Part shown: positions 48,934 to 59,564 of the stretch, piece by piece
Layout: the number at the start of each line of letters is the position of its first letter
How positions within the stretch are numbered: the first letter of the stretch is position 1
Assembly: GCA_036444275.1 (NCBI GenBank)
Contig: JAZGAD010000010.1
Span: forward strand, 14,271-78,270
DNA length: 64,000 bases
DNA from: Candidatus Hydrothermarchaeales archaeon
GTDB taxonomy: Archaea; Hydrothermarchaeota; Hydrothermarchaeia; Hydrothermarchaeales; JAZGAD01
Direction of reading: 5' to 3'
Program-made: the position numbers and the translations under genes
The notes under the pieces: generated by a model
Database searches by the model: none
Told to the model about the DNA's origin: nothing
Seen by the model: only the letters and a program-made list of their open reading frames with translations

Positions 48934-50292
48934 TTATCCCGTTGCTTTTGCAAGGAAATTCTCGATCATCTTGGGATAGGAGAGCACATGTAAATGGGAG
49001 TAACTGGCTAGAGTATTCCCACGGAGAATGCCGTCCCTTTTTCCATCTATGCCTCTCCCCCTTATCATCTCGCAGACGTATTCAACGTCGCCTAAAAGCT
49101 TAATAGTCGAGTGATGGAACTCGTGCCCCACTAGAGTGGCACCGCTATCGCTTATAGGGTTATCCTTCTCGACCCTGCTTACAGTATATCCTAGGGCTTG
49201 AAACGTCGACTTCATCTGGGTCTTAATCGGCAGGAAGCCCACCATATCGTACTCCCTGCCCCCGGTGGTCATCTTCTCTCCGAGATACATCAAGCCGCCG
49301 CACTCTGCATAAACTGGATTACCGGACTCACAGAAATCTAAGATCTCACCCTTGAGGGAGGTGTTCTCCTCCAGCTTCTCTGCGAATACCTCTGGGAATC
49401 CTCCCCCGATGTAGAGAGCATCCACATCAGGAAGTCTGCGGTCTTTCATGGAATCTATGTATAACACATGTGCCTTGGCAGCGAATGCATCTATGGTGTC
49501 CTCGTAGTAGAAATTAAACGCCCGATCCCTGACTATACCAATCGTTACGCCCAAATCGTCATCCTTGAATAGCTCGTTCTGCTCAATCTCCTCCATACTA
49601 CCAGCATCCATAGCCAGTTCGATTATGCCGTCAACGTCAACGTGCTTCTCTACGAACGCGCTGAGGTACTCAAAGAGCTCATCTATCTCCTCCCGTTCAT
49701 AGGCAGGTACCAAGCCGAGGTGCCTTTCAGGTATCCCTACCTTCGGGTCTCTGGGTAGCGCTCCAAAGACCTTCATATCTGCTAACTGCTCTACAGCGAG
49801 CTTTGCCTTTTGGATATGCCTCTCAGAGCCCAGCCTGTTCAGAATTACTCCTTTCACGTTTACGCCCTCATCAAAGACCTTGAAGCCCATGGTAATGGCA
49901 GCAGCGCTCCTAGCAATGCGTTCCACGTTGGCTATAACGAGGGTAGGAGCAGACAAGACCTTACTCACATGTGCAGTGCTCCCCCTTTCATCCAAGGCAT
50001 CATGGGAATCGAAAAGTCCCATGGCACCTTCTACCACCGCGATATCAGCTCCCTGAGAATTCCTGGTAAAGCACTCTTTTATGTCACCATCTTTCATCAT
50101 GAAGCCGTCAAGGTTTCTCGAGCGCCTGCCAGTGGCAAAATTGTGGTAGCTGGGGTCTATGAAGTCAGGTCCGGTCTTGAAAGGCTGTACTTCGTAGCCC
50201 CTGTTACGGAGTGCCCTCATTAGACCTATAGAGATAACAGTCTTACCAGCCCTGCTATTCGTCCCTCCCAGCACTACCCTGGGTATATCCAT
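48934..50292 (-). CDS. cbiA: Cobyrinate a,c-diamide synthase family (CbiA/CfbB)
   Basis: GKT, GPDFID, EGAMG, ERHLGL, AECGG, GHEFH. Confidence 0.8.
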   Translation of the reverse strand: MDIPRVVLGGTNSRAGKTVISIGLMRALRNRGYEVQPFKTGPDFIDPSYHNFATGRRSRNLDGFMMKDGDIKECFTRNSQGADIAVVEGAMGLFDSHDALDERGSTAHVSKVLSAPTLVIANVERIARSAAAITMGFKVFDEGVNVKGVILNRLGSERHIQKAKLAVEQLADMKVFGALPRDPKVGIPERHLGLVPAYEREEIDELFEYLSAFVEKHVDVDGIIELAMDAGSMEEIEQNELFKDDDLGVTIGIVRDRAFNFYYEDTIDAFAAKAHVLYIDSMKDRRLPDVDALYIGGGFPEVFAEKLEENTSLKGEILDFCESGNPVYAECGGLMYLGEKMTTGGREYDMVGFLPIKTQMKSTFQALGYTVSRVEKDNPISDSGATLVGHEFHHSTIKLLGDVEYVCEMIRGRGIDGKRDGILRGNTLASYSHLHVLSYPKMIENFLAKATG

Positions 50293-50347
50293 GTCCTTAA
50301 AATACGTGGCTGAATACTTATCCCTTACGGCAGAGGCAGAGTCGAAG

Positions 50348-51481
50348 TCAAGAATCGAATACTTTTTGAGCTGCTTTTACCCCTCTTCCCAACTCAACCT
50401 CATGTCCAAGGTGCTTGAGGGTTACTTCCAATGCCTCCAGCGCTGAGGTGAGGTCTGAGTAGCTGATGTTTCCCATGTGCCCTATCCTAAAGATCTTGCC
50501 CTTTAGCGTTGCCTGGCCGCCTGCAAGAAGAATCCCAAAGTCCTCTTTCATCTTCTTCCTAATATCATCGGCATTCACACCTGGAGGGGCTTTGATAGCA
50601 GTGACCGTGTTGGACGCGTCCTCGTCTCTTGGAAGCAGCTCGAGGTTCAATGCTTTAACCGCCTCTCTAGTTGCACTCGCGAGCTTTCTATGCCTTTTGA
50701 TTCTCTCCTCCAAGCCTTCTTTCTTAACAGCTCGAAGAGCTGCTCTCAAGCCGTATACCAGGGACACTGATGGCGTGAACGGCGTGGTACTCTTTCGTAA
50801 GGCCTTCCTATAAGAGGCCAGATTCAAATAGTAATTTCTGGTCTCGTTGCTCTCAATAGCTTTCCATGCCTTGTCGCTTACGCTGAGCATCGCCAGTCCA
50901 GGAGGTGCTGCAAGGCACTTCTGAGAGCCAGCTATGCATATGTCGACGCCCCATTTGTCTACTTCCACGTAGTCCCCACCTATAGATGTAATGGCATCCA
51001 TGATGAAGAGGAGATCGTGCTTCTCAGCAATCTCTGCTATTGCCTTGGCATTGTGGAGAACGCCGGTAGACGTCTCGTTGTGGGTTAGGGTTATCGCTTT
51101 TGCGTTGCTCTCCTCAACTACCTTCTCTACCTCTTTTGGGTCGGCTGCAGAGCCCCATTCAACATCCACCAACCTTGCTTTTCCACCATAGCCCTTGACT
51201 ATCTCTGCAAAGCGCTCAGCGAATTTTCCACCAGTTATGCATACGACTTCGTCCCCCTCACCTATGGTGCTTGCAATAGCTGCGTCCATGGCGGCAGTGC
51301 CAGAGCCCGTGATCAGTACTACATCATTCTTGGTTTTGAAGATATCCTTTAAATTCCCCCAACACTCCTCTAGAATCTCCTGGAAATCCGGTGTCCTATG
51401 ACCAATAACCGGCTCGGCCATAGCCTGGAGCACTTCCTTGGATAGCTCCACAGGTCCTGGGATCAATAACTTCTTCTGCAT
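50348..51481 (-). CDS. Class V aminotransferase (serine/alanine-glyoxylate type)
   Basis: PGP, HNETSTG, DAITS, GSQKC, FRIGHMG. Confidence 0.9.
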   Translation of the reverse strand: MQKKLLIPGPVELSKEVLQAMAEPVIGHRTPDFQEILEECWGNLKDIFKTKNDVVLITGSGTAAMDAAIASTIGEGDEVVCITGGKFAERFAEIVKGYGGKARLVDVEWGSAADPKEVEKVVEESNAKAITLTHNETSTGVLHNAKAIAEIAEKHDLLFIMDAITSIGGDYVEVDKWGVDICIAGSQKCLAAPPGLAMLSVSDKAWKAIESNETRNYYLNLASYRKALRKSTTPFTPSVSLVYGLRAALRAVKKEGLEERIKRHRKLASATREAVKALNLELLPRDEDASNTVTAIKAPPGVNADDIRKKMKEDFGILLAGGQATLKGKIFRIGHMGNISYSDLTSALEALEVTLKHLGHEVELGRGVKAAQKVFDS

Positions 51482-51493
51482 ATTACTAATACC

Positions 51494-52255
51494 TCACTTT
51501 ATAATCTCTGCAATAGTCCCTTCATCGTAGTCACTAAGCTTCATGTCCTCTATAGAGTTTAATCCTATTGCTTTGGCAGTCTTCTCTAATCCGAATTCAA
51601 TATTCTTGCTGGGCACTATGATGTAGGCCTTCAACTCTCCAATGCCTAGTTTACGGGCTGCCAAGGCTCTATGATGGCCGTCCACCAGCAGCGTCTTATC
51701 CCCAGACTTTAGTACTACTATAGGCTCTGCCAAACCCCTCTTCATCTCATATTCCCTGCCTCGAAATTCATCAGGATGTATCTTGCCCTGCGTCGGCATT
51801 AAGTCCTTGATCTTCACCTTTCCCATCCTTACTATCGTCTTAACTGTATAGAGCTTCTCTAGGGATTCAGATATCTTTCTTACTTTATCCGGGGTAGCGC
51901 GCTCTATATGAGACCTTATGACGTCGGCATTAGTGATTATGCCAATAAGCATTCTATCCTTGTCCACCACCGGGAGTCTCGAGTAGCCCATCCTGAACAT
52001 CACCCTAGCAGCGTCCGTCAAGTTGGTATCTGGGAAGGTAACCACCACCTCGCCGCTCATGGAGTGTTCGACTGTCTTCCTCTTCTTAAACACCATGTCC
52101 CTGATGGTGATTATACCGACAAGGCGGCCGTCTTCGACTACTGGAAAGCCGTCGTGGCTGCTCTCCCTCACCAGCTTTAATACTTCATCGAGGGTCTGCT
52201 CCGGCTTAACGGTTATGACCTTGCTGGACATGTAGTTTTTTACTTTGGGCTTCAT
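51494..52255 (-). CDS. CBS-pair plus ParB/Srx-domain protein
   Basis: Two CBS domains, then PTQ..EPI..DGHHRALA. Confidence 0.85.
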   Translation of the reverse strand: MKPKVKNYMSSKVITVKPEQTLDEVLKLVRESSHDGFPVVEDGRLVGIITIRDMVFKKRKTVEHSMSGEVVVTFPDTNLTDAARVMFRMGYSRLPVVDKDRMLIGIITNADVIRSHIERATPDKVRKISESLEKLYTVKTIVRMGKVKIKDLMPTQGKIHPDEFRGREYEMKRGLAEPIVVLKSGDKTLLVDGHHRALAARKLGIGELKAYIIVPSKNIEFGLEKTAKAIGLNSIEDMKLSDYDEGTIAEIIK

Positions 52256-52326
52256 TATGCCACTTCTCCACGCCGTAATTAATAACGTTTTCGAAATTAA
52301 TTAATAAGTTAACACAATACCGTCTA

Positions 52327-52530
52327 ATGATGAACACCCGAAGCATGCTCATACTCATAGTACTAGTTCTTTTAGCATTGTATGTAATCCAGGGCTCAAA
52401 AGAGGCCCTAGAACCTACTGGAAACGTCTCCCAAACGACTGAGTATCCCCATACTAAGGAAAAACCCCTATCACCTAGAGATTTCATAGGCAGGCCTCGT
52501 CCCCGGCCAAGGGTCCCGAATACCTCTTGA
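52327..52530 (+). CDS. Small membrane/secreted protein
   Basis: N-terminal hydrophobic helix; coupled to the next ORF. Confidence 0.45.
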   Translation: MMNTRSMLILIVLVLLALYVIQGSKEALEPTGNVSQTTEYPHTKEKPLSPRDFIGRPRPRPRVPNTS

Positions 52531-52772
52531 TCATGGCCAAAAAAATTTTGAAGGAACTAGAGTGGCACCCCGGAAAATCCCTAAAAGGGGTGGAGATCAC
52601 GTACCTACATAGAGGTGCACCCGGGGATTGCATCACGATATCTACTGAGAGCATTTCCAGGTTGGAAAAATCCTTCTTCGTTCTAGAAAGAGCTGGGAGA
52701 GAGGTAATGATCCCCTATCACAGAATCTTAGAGTTAACGAAAGGGGAAGAGGTACTTTGGAAGAAAATTTAA
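52527..52772 (+). CDS. DUF504/MJ1316-like RNA-repair-domain protein
   Basis: W, YLHRG, IPYHRI motifs. Confidence 0.8.
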   Translation: MIMAKKILKELEWHPGKSLKGVEITYLHRGAPGDCITISTESISRLEKSFFVLERAGREVMIPYHRILELTKGEEVLWKKI

Positions 52773-52790
52773 TGGATATTCCTTCATCAC

Positions 52791-53435
52791 TCAGTCCAGT
52801 TCACCCTGCAGGAGTTCCCTAGCATTTCTCAAGCTGATTTCCGCCTGCTCTCTACCGTTCATTGCTATCGGGCCGTGTCCTGGGTAAAGGGTATCGAAGG
52901 ACATCTCTGATAGCTTTTCAAGGGACCTGAGCATCTGCCTTCCATTGCCCCCAATGTCGACTCTGCCGAAACCTCCATCTGAGAAGAGCGTGTCACCAGA
53001 GAAGAGCATCTTTCTATCCCTGTCAAAGAGGCATATACTTCCAGGGGTGTGCCCAGGAGAGTGCACTACCTCGAGGATATGCTCCCCTAGCTCAAGTTTA
53101 TCTCCCTCTACAAGTAGTCGATGGAACTTGGTGGGACGCTCATCATCGAAGAGTCTATAGGTCCCGTAAAAGCTGCCTGAAACAAGCGCATTTGCATCGT
53201 CACGATGAAGATACACCCTTACCTCATTGAATTGTCCATCGCCGCCGCAGTGATCAAAATGGGCATGGGTATTAATGATCATATCCAGTTGTTCTCCCTT
53301 TAGTGCCTTTCCGACTTCTCTCGCTATCCTGTCGTCTAATCCCGCTCCAGCGTCAATGAGAACTTTCTTAGCATCCTGTATTAGATAGGCGTTGCAGTCA
53401 GTGCCGCTGCTCATTATTGGTGTTATCCCATTCAT
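52791..53435 (-). CDS. Metallo-beta-lactamase-fold hydrolase
   Basis: THAHFDH, PGHT, GD, PGHG. Confidence 0.9.
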   Translation of the reverse strand: MNGITPIMSSGTDCNAYLIQDAKKVLIDAGAGLDDRIAREVGKALKGEQLDMIINTHAHFDHCGGDGQFNEVRVYLHRDDANALVSGSFYGTYRLFDDERPTKFHRLLVEGDKLELGEHILEVVHSPGHTPGSICLFDRDRKMLFSGDTLFSDGGFGRVDIGGNGRQMLRSLEKLSEMSFDTLYPGHGPIAMNGREQAEISLRNARELLQGELD

Positions 53436-53445
53436 GTTACCTTAC

Positions 53446-54546
53446 CTAGTCCAGATTCCACAAACCCTTCTCTCTAGCGAAGTTGATTGCCTCCACTACC
53501 TCTTCCCTGTCAACAGCCCTCGATATATCCCCGAACTTGAAGGCTTGGAACTCAGGATGGTATTGCCCCATAATGTTCACCCTTACCTCGTTATCCAAGT
53601 TTTCAGCGATCCATGCTAAAATTGGCTTGGAGCAGCACTCCACGTGATTCGGCAGTACGAGGTGGCGGATTAGTAACTCTGCGTGCTCTCTAGCCAGCAA
53701 GTGATTCCTAGTGATGATATCCCAGTAATTTTTGACCTTCGAGAGCCTCTCGGCACAGTCGTTGCTACCATATTTGAAATCCGTCAGATAAACATCGACA
53801 ACACCGTTAAGAAGCTTCATGGTTTCGCTGCTCATGTACATGTTGGAGTTCCAAACCACCGGCACGTTCTCGTCGAGGTGCATCAGCATGTCCAGTATTG
53901 TATGAAGGTTTGGTGTCGGTTCTCCACCAACGAGGTTTATATTCTTGCTCTTTTCAAGGATCCTGCGCTTTTTCGCAAGCTCGGCCAGTTCCTTACCAGT
54001 GATAGGCCTGCCGGTTTCTCTCTGCCTGGAGATAGTCCAATTCTGGCAGAAGACGCAGTATAATGTACAACCAATGAAGAAGAAGGTGTGAGACGGCACA
54101 AGGCAGGCTTCTTCTCCCATGTGCAGGAACTCTGTTGAGAGCCTTGAGGTCTTATCTAGGTTGCAGAAGCCCAGCTTCTTTTCACCTCTATTTGCACCGC
54201 ATCTTCTCTCACAGAAGTGGCAGCTCTTCAATATCTCGTTGGCTATAACCAGCTTCAAATCCAATAGAGACGGCTCATGCACCTTAAGCTCAGGCGTTCC
54301 CTCCTTATCGTCGATCTCTCTTTTTACTTTCACAAATTCCTCAATCTTCTTATCATGCACTCTCCAGAGGGCTTCCAGTGGAGCATCTAACGCAGCATCG
54401 TCTATCCCTATGCTCTTGCAGATCATGAAGTTCGCGGGCTTCCTATTGCTGGATACTTCCACATACCTGCCCAGGGCTTTCACTACGCCATCCTCTTCAA
54501 AGGCAGTAACAGAATCGGGACGAAGCAGCCAATACATAGACATCAC
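53446..54546 (-). CDS. PflX-like radical SAM protein
   Basis: CHFCERRC, CTLYCVFCQN, GGEPT, RHLVLP. Confidence 0.85.
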   Translation of the reverse strand: MMSMYWLLRPDSVTAFEEDGVVKALGRYVEVSSNRKPANFMICKSIGIDDAALDAPLEALWRVHDKKIEEFVKVKREIDDKEGTPELKVHEPSLLDLKLVIANEILKSCHFCERRCGANRGEKKLGFCNLDKTSRLSTEFLHMGEEACLVPSHTFFFIGCTLYCVFCQNWTISRQRETGRPITGKELAELAKKRRILEKSKNINLVGGEPTPNLHTILDMLMHLDENVPVVWNSNMYMSSETMKLLNGVVDVYLTDFKYGSNDCAERLSKVKNYWDIITRNHLLAREHAELLIRHLVLPNHVECCSKPILAWIAENLDNEVRVNIMGQYHPEFQAFKFGDISRAVDREEVVEAINFAREKGLWNLD

Positions 54547-55166
54547 AAGTTAATACAACCTAGCAACTTAAAAAAATCATGTATAGATTCGAGAGTATGG
54601 AACTCTCAGATGCCTCGGCGGCTTGAATACAGGAGTAAGTGGAAATGAAATCAAAAGATGAGTTGAAGAGAGAATGATACAATTGCTCACGGTAGAGGGT
54701 TAAATGGAAAACAGGTAGTAGGTTAGAATATCGATCAAGCGTGCATCAATTCTAAACGTTAAATTTTTATATCGTGAACTTTTATTTTGGGACGTATGAA
54801 GCTACGATATCCTCACTTTCCATCCGCCTATCGGGCAGAAGTCATTGTGTTATCAGGTGTAACTGGAGGCTCGCTGATGTCTACCGGCTACCAGGTGGGA
54901 GCATTACTACTTATTTTAGCAGTAGCTACTTTTTTGCTTCCTCTCCCTCAATAGATTTAGAGACTTATCCGATCGTTGTCACTCAAAATAGTTCCTCTTC
55001 CTTCTTGTTTAATTTCTCATTTCCAGAGATGGATTCCCTCGTTTAATGCGGTTACTCTCTCTTAACAAGTTTGTCCATCTAAGACCTATAGCATTTCCGA
55101 TATCCCTTTCATTCAATTCTAGAAACCCTTCACATCTACATAGAGAAAGAGTTAAAATCAAAGAAG

Positions 55167-55511
55167 ATGAAAAATATATCCATGGATGAAACAGGTTTGA
55201 GAAAAGAGGCCATAGACAAATTTGTTGAAAGAGCTCAAGAATATGGAGGTAGGATAGAAAAGATCATCCTTTTCGGCAGTTATGTCAGGGGGGATTTTAC
55301 AAAAGAAAGCGATGTCGATGTCCTTGTGATATGGAAGGGCAAGCAGCTTGATGGCTGGAATTCGCTAGAGAGAATTGTGACGGATATTCTCATCGAATTT
55401 GATGTTTTGATTTCTCTGAAAATCATCTCGCCTAAGGACTATAGAACCATGGTAGAACTTGGGATGCCATTCATTCAAAGCATTGAGAGAGAGGGTGTGG
55501 TCCTTGGATAG
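55167..55511 (+). CDS. MNT nucleotidyltransferase
   Basis: LFGSYVRGDFTKESDVD. Confidence 0.9.
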   Translation: MKNISMDETGLRKEAIDKFVERAQEYGGRIEKIILFGSYVRGDFTKESDVDVLVIWKGKQLDGWNSLERIVTDILIEFDVLISLKIISPKDYRTMVELGMPFIQSIEREGVVLG

Positions 55512-55881
55512 AGTGGGATATCACCTAACTGAGGCTGGAGAGAGGCTTGAGACAGCGAAAATTCTCTTGGAGAACAGGCGTTCCAAGGATGCCATAAGCA
55601 GGGCATATTACTGCATGTACCACGCTGCAAAGGCCATCCTTCTGACAAAGGACCTTTCTCCCAGGACTCATAAGGGCTTGATACAAAAATTTGGGGAGGA
55701 ATTCATTCGGACTGAAAAGATTTCAAAGGAGTATAGTTCTATGTTATCTAAGGCTGAGGACCTTAGGGAGCACGCCGATTATGATGTGGTCCGGGAGTTT
55801 ACCATGGAAGAAGCAGAGGCCGTGGTAATGGATGCTGAGAAATTTCTAGAAAGGATAAGAGAGTTCTTAAAAGAAGAATAA
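55504..55881 (+). CDS. HEPN-domain protein
   Basis: SRAYY.MYHAA, THKG, REHADY. Confidence 0.9.
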   Translation: MDRVGYHLTEAGERLETAKILLENRRSKDAISRAYYCMYHAAKAILLTKDLSPRTHKGLIQKFGEEFIRTEKISKEYSSMLSKAEDLREHADYDVVREFTMEEAEAVVMDAEKFLERIREFLKEE

Positions 55882-55979
55882 GTGGAATTGAAGGGATTTT
55901 GACCTGCGCTAAGGAATCCCGCCCAGGGCAAGATGGTAAGATCGACCACGATACTATTGTTTGGTTCCCTCTTTCACAA

Positions 55980-57341
55980 CTACTCCAGTTTCTCCTTCAG
56001 TTTTTCCAGTACTGTATTGGGATCAGCCCTCCCCTTCGTCTTCTTCATCACCTGCCCAACTACGTAGTGCAGTGCTTCCTCTTTGCCTTTTAGATAATCC
56101 TCCACTGCTTTTGGGTTCTCTCTAACCGCCTCTTCAACTGCCTTTTCGACGACATCCTCCTCCTTGATTCTCACCAAGCCCAACTCCTCTACTATCTCCC
56201 GCGGCGACTCTGAAGTGCCTATCAGCTTTTCGAAGACCTTCTTCTCGGCCTTCTTGGTTATCTCGCCTTGGGTGGTCATGTTCAAGAGCTCTACTATCCT
56301 ATCGCTGTTCAGCCCGCTTTCTCTAAAACTCATGTTCCTGAAAGTGAGAACACGCTTTATCTCATGCCTGAAGACAGAGGCAGCAAATTTTGGGTCCATC
56401 GCTCTGCACACCTCCTCGAAGGTGTCGGCCATCTCTATTTCGCTTGTTATAGCCCAAGCATCATCTCTTGGGATATTGTAGTCCTTTATGAACCTCTTCA
56501 ACTTCATGTGCGGCGGTTCAGGCATCTCTGCCCTTATCTCGGTGATCTTATCCTCAGTTATCAGCAGTGGGGGTATATCAGGGTCAGGGATGTAGCGGTA
56601 GTCCTCGGCCTCCTCCTTGACCCGCATCCGCTTAGTGATCATCTGGGCCTCCAAAAAAGCCCTTGTCTCACGCTTAACCTTTACGCCGCGCTTCATGAGG
56701 CTTCGCTGTCTCGTCATCTCGAACTTCAACGCCTTATAAGCGCCTCTCACAGAGTTTATGTTCTTTATTTCCACCCGAGCTCCGCCTTCTAGAGAGATGT
56801 TGGTATCCATTCGCATTGTGCCTCCCTCTGGGCGCACCTTGCCTGTATACTGCAATACCTTGGTGAGCTCCCTCATGAAGCCTCTAGCTTCCTCTGGGGA
56901 GGTTATATCAGGTGCCGTTACTATCTCCACCAGCGGCACGCCTGAGCGATTGTAGTCCACCTTTCCAGTAACCGGATCGTATTTCCCTGGGTCCTCCTCC
57001 AAGTGCACCTCCCATATCCCTACACCATTAAGCTCTCCATCCTTGGCTATCGGCAAAGAAGTACGTTGATACCCGCTAGGCAGATCAGGATAGTCATAGT
57101 GCTTCCTCTGGATGTAGATGGGTTCTTTTATGATTTCACAGTCAAGCATCAATGCTATCTCCACCGCTGCATCTATTGCGTCGCGGTTAACAGGCATAGG
57201 TTTAGAGCCAGGCATACCGGTGCATACCTCACATACGTTGGTATTCGGAGGTACCTCGCGGTAATTCGTCGGGGAATCACAGTAAAGCTTAGTTGGAGTA
57301 TTCAACTGCTCATGTATCTCGAAGCCGATAGTTACCTTCAT
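55980..57341 (-). CDS. gatB: Asp/Glu-tRNA amidotransferase subunit B
   Basis: GFEIH, HLEEDPG, NRSGVPLVEIVT, EIKNIN, DYRY.PDPD, YqeY tail. Confidence 0.95.
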   Translation of the reverse strand: MKVTIGFEIHEQLNTPTKLYCDSPTNYREVPPNTNVCEVCTGMPGSKPMPVNRDAIDAAVEIALMLDCEIIKEPIYIQRKHYDYPDLPSGYQRTSLPIAKDGELNGVGIWEVHLEEDPGKYDPVTGKVDYNRSGVPLVEIVTAPDITSPEEARGFMRELTKVLQYTGKVRPEGGTMRMDTNISLEGGARVEIKNINSVRGAYKALKFEMTRQRSLMKRGVKVKRETRAFLEAQMITKRMRVKEEAEDYRYIPDPDIPPLLITEDKITEIRAEMPEPPHMKLKRFIKDYNIPRDDAWAITSEIEMADTFEEVCRAMDPKFAASVFRHEIKRVLTFRNMSFRESGLNSDRIVELLNMTTQGEITKKAEKKVFEKLIGTSESPREIVEELGLVRIKEEDVVEKAVEEAVRENPKAVEDYLKGKEEALHYVVGQVMKKTKGRADPNTVLEKLKEKLE

Positions 57342-57356
57342 ATTCCTCGCCTCACC

Positions 57357-57905
57357 TTACCAGATATACCTCTCTGTGATCTCATCGATGGAACGCTGCA
57401 GCTTTTTGATTTCCTTCGTACTGGGCGCATCCTCGCTCTGGAAACCTTGAATCACCTCTACGATGCCTTTAACTTGGCCGATAACACTAGCGAAATCATT
57501 CATGGTAGTATTAAGCTTGGAGTCAGCTTGATAGAAATAGGAATTAGCATCCACTATATCCCTGTATGCATTAAGGGATTTTAGGATTGCATCCTTCTTC
57601 TTGGCGGAAACCTTGTCTTTCAATGATTCTATAGTCTTAGTAGATGCAGTACTGACCTCCTGGACCTGCTTCAGTATCCTGCTAAATTCCTCTTTTACCT
57701 CTGAGTAACTCTTGCCTAGAACCTCATAGGCCTCCGAAAGAGTAGAGGCAACCTCCTTGATCTCTACCGCACGTGCATCCTTGGCTCTGATCTTCGTTGA
57801 TATGCCCAATCTTATGGCAAGGTTTGTGAGTTTTGCCTCTGCATCCTTGACCTTTTTGTCAAGGTCTTCCAGTTTTATAAAGAAGTCTCCAAAGTCTAAT
57901 ACCAT
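57357..57905 (-). CDS. Hypothetical coiled-coil protein between gatA and gatB
   Basis: Full ORF tightly packed in the operon; heptad-rich. Confidence 0.7.
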   Translation of the reverse strand: MVLDFGDFFIKLEDLDKKVKDAEAKLTNLAIRLGISTKIRAKDARAVEIKEVASTLSEAYEVLGKSYSEVKEEFSRILKQVQEVSTASTKTIESLKDKVSAKKKDAILKSLNAYRDIVDANSYFYQADSKLNTTMNDFASVIGQVKGIVEVIQGFQSEDAPSTKEIKKLQRSIDEITERYIW

Positions 57906-57906
57906 C

Positions 57907-59280
57907 TCAGCACCTCTCAAAGGCATACATAGTATTCAAGATTCTTTGTTCATCAAGGGGCGTTCCCTGGACTTGCAGACCAACTGGTATGCCTTCAACC
58001 TCGCCTGCTTTTAGCACTCCTGCGGGTATCCCGGCGAGATTCGTTGGGACTGTGAGGACATCGTATCCGTACATGACGAGGGGGTCTTTGATCTCGTCCC
58101 CTAATCTATGCGGCAACTTCGGTACAGTTGGACCAGCAATGACGTCGACATGTCTAAGCGCCTCCAGCATTTCTTTTTTGATAAGTGATCTGAACTGCAG
58201 AGCCTTCTTGTAGTACCTCCCTGAGTACTCCTTCTGGCTTATGTAGCGCCCAAGCATGATCCTGCGCAGCACTTCGCGCCCGCAGACCTCTTCTATCTTG
58301 TAGCCATATCTCCTGCCGTCGAATTTCCTAGTGGCAGAGAAGAACTCCACAAAGACCGTAAGATAATAGGTGGACAGGCCCTTCCCCAGGTTGGGTAGCT
58401 TCACCTCAACGAGCTCAGCCCCCTTGTCTTCTAGTTTTTTAAGCGCCTTGTTTATCTCCAGCATTATATCTGCATCGGTGAACTCTTCAAATTCTCTGGC
58501 GATGCCTATTTTATAGCCTGAGATATCATCACTCAACTCTGAGTATCGCCCGTTCGGATTTTTGATAGTGGTGCACTCCTTTAGGTTGTATCCCGCGATG
58601 ATCTCAAGCATAAGCCCTAGGGAATACACGTCTCTCGCAAGAGGGCCTATCTGGTCAAGGCTCATGGCTAGATCAATGAGGCCGTATCTCGGTACAAGGC
58701 CATAGGTCGGTTTCAAGCCAGCGACACCACAGTGGGAAGCAGGGTTCCTGATAGAGCCGCCGGTATCGCTTCCAAGGGCTATGTCACAGAAGTCGGCGGC
58801 CACAGCAGCAGCTGACCCAGACGAAGAACCGCCTGGTATCCTTCCAGGAGCGCTTGGGTTCTGTATGGGCCCAAAATAGGAGGTCTCCCCAGAACTTCCT
58901 GCTGCGAACTCATCCATATTGGTCATACCGATTATCACACCATCCTCCTGTTTTATGCGTTCTATTACCGTAGCATCGTAGGGGGCGACATAGTTCTCCA
59001 GGGTCTTAGAGGCACATGTAGCACGGAGCCCACGGACATTCATATTCGACTTTATAGCTATGACTAGCCCAGCCAGCTTTCCACCCTCACCACGCTCTAT
59101 CTTCTTGTCTACCTCCCTTGCTTCTTCCAATGCATTATTATTAAGATCTATGAAGGCATTTATCTCCGCGTCTCTCCTCTCGATTTTTTCCAAGAAACTG
59201 GATACATTCTCCTCTGCTGTCTTGGACTGCGTCTTCAACTCGGTATTCTCAGATCTACCCATTGTCGCTACTCCACCCAC
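57907..59280 (-). CDS. gatA: Asp/Glu-tRNA amidotransferase subunit A
   Basis: GGSSSGS, GSDTGGSIR amidase signature. Confidence 0.95.
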   Translation of the reverse strand: MGGVATMGRSENTELKTQSKTAEENVSSFLEKIERRDAEINAFIDLNNNALEEAREVDKKIERGEGGKLAGLVIAIKSNMNVRGLRATCASKTLENYVAPYDATVIERIKQEDGVIIGMTNMDEFAAGSSGETSYFGPIQNPSAPGRIPGGSSSGSAAAVAADFCDIALGSDTGGSIRNPASHCGVAGLKPTYGLVPRYGLIDLAMSLDQIGPLARDVYSLGLMLEIIAGYNLKECTTIKNPNGRYSELSDDISGYKIGIAREFEEFTDADIMLEINKALKKLEDKGAELVEVKLPNLGKGLSTYYLTVFVEFFSATRKFDGRRYGYKIEEVCGREVLRRIMLGRYISQKEYSGRYYKKALQFRSLIKKEMLEALRHVDVIAGPTVPKLPHRLGDEIKDPLVMYGYDVLTVPTNLAGIPAGVLKAGEVEGIPVGLQVQGTPLDEQRILNTMYAFERC

Positions 59281-59504
59281 TGCCCCCTCTCCATGACGAA
59301 GTTCCCATCTTCGTCGAGTTTTGGGGCATTCTTCTTAGCTACTTTCTCGAATTTCCTGTCCACTCTGGCTTCGCCGCTCTCCCGGGTCACGTTTATATCT
59401 TCTACCACATAGTAGGTCTCAGCCAGATCTATATCCCCAAGCGCCTCAGATAGCTCCCGGAGGACCTTCTCCCCCTCTGCTTTAATATCCTCTTCTCTGA
59501 CCAT
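59268..59504 (-). CDS. gatC: Amidotransferase subunit C (archaeal short form)
   Basis: Position upstream of gatA; ETYYV..N.TR..NAP motif. Confidence 0.8.
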   Translation of the reverse strand: MVREEDIKAEGEKVLRELSEALGDIDLAETYYVVEDINVTRESGEARVDRKFEKVAKKNAPKLDEDGNFVMERGQWVE

Positions 59505-59564
59505 ATTATCCCTCTTTCTTAGTTGTTCTCTATAATTATACTTACATTAAGTTTAAGCAACGCC

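Noticed and set aside
54560-55160. ORF 54774-55046 and the surrounding gap
   Set aside because: No RBS or motif; stop-rich in other frames; no assignable remnant.
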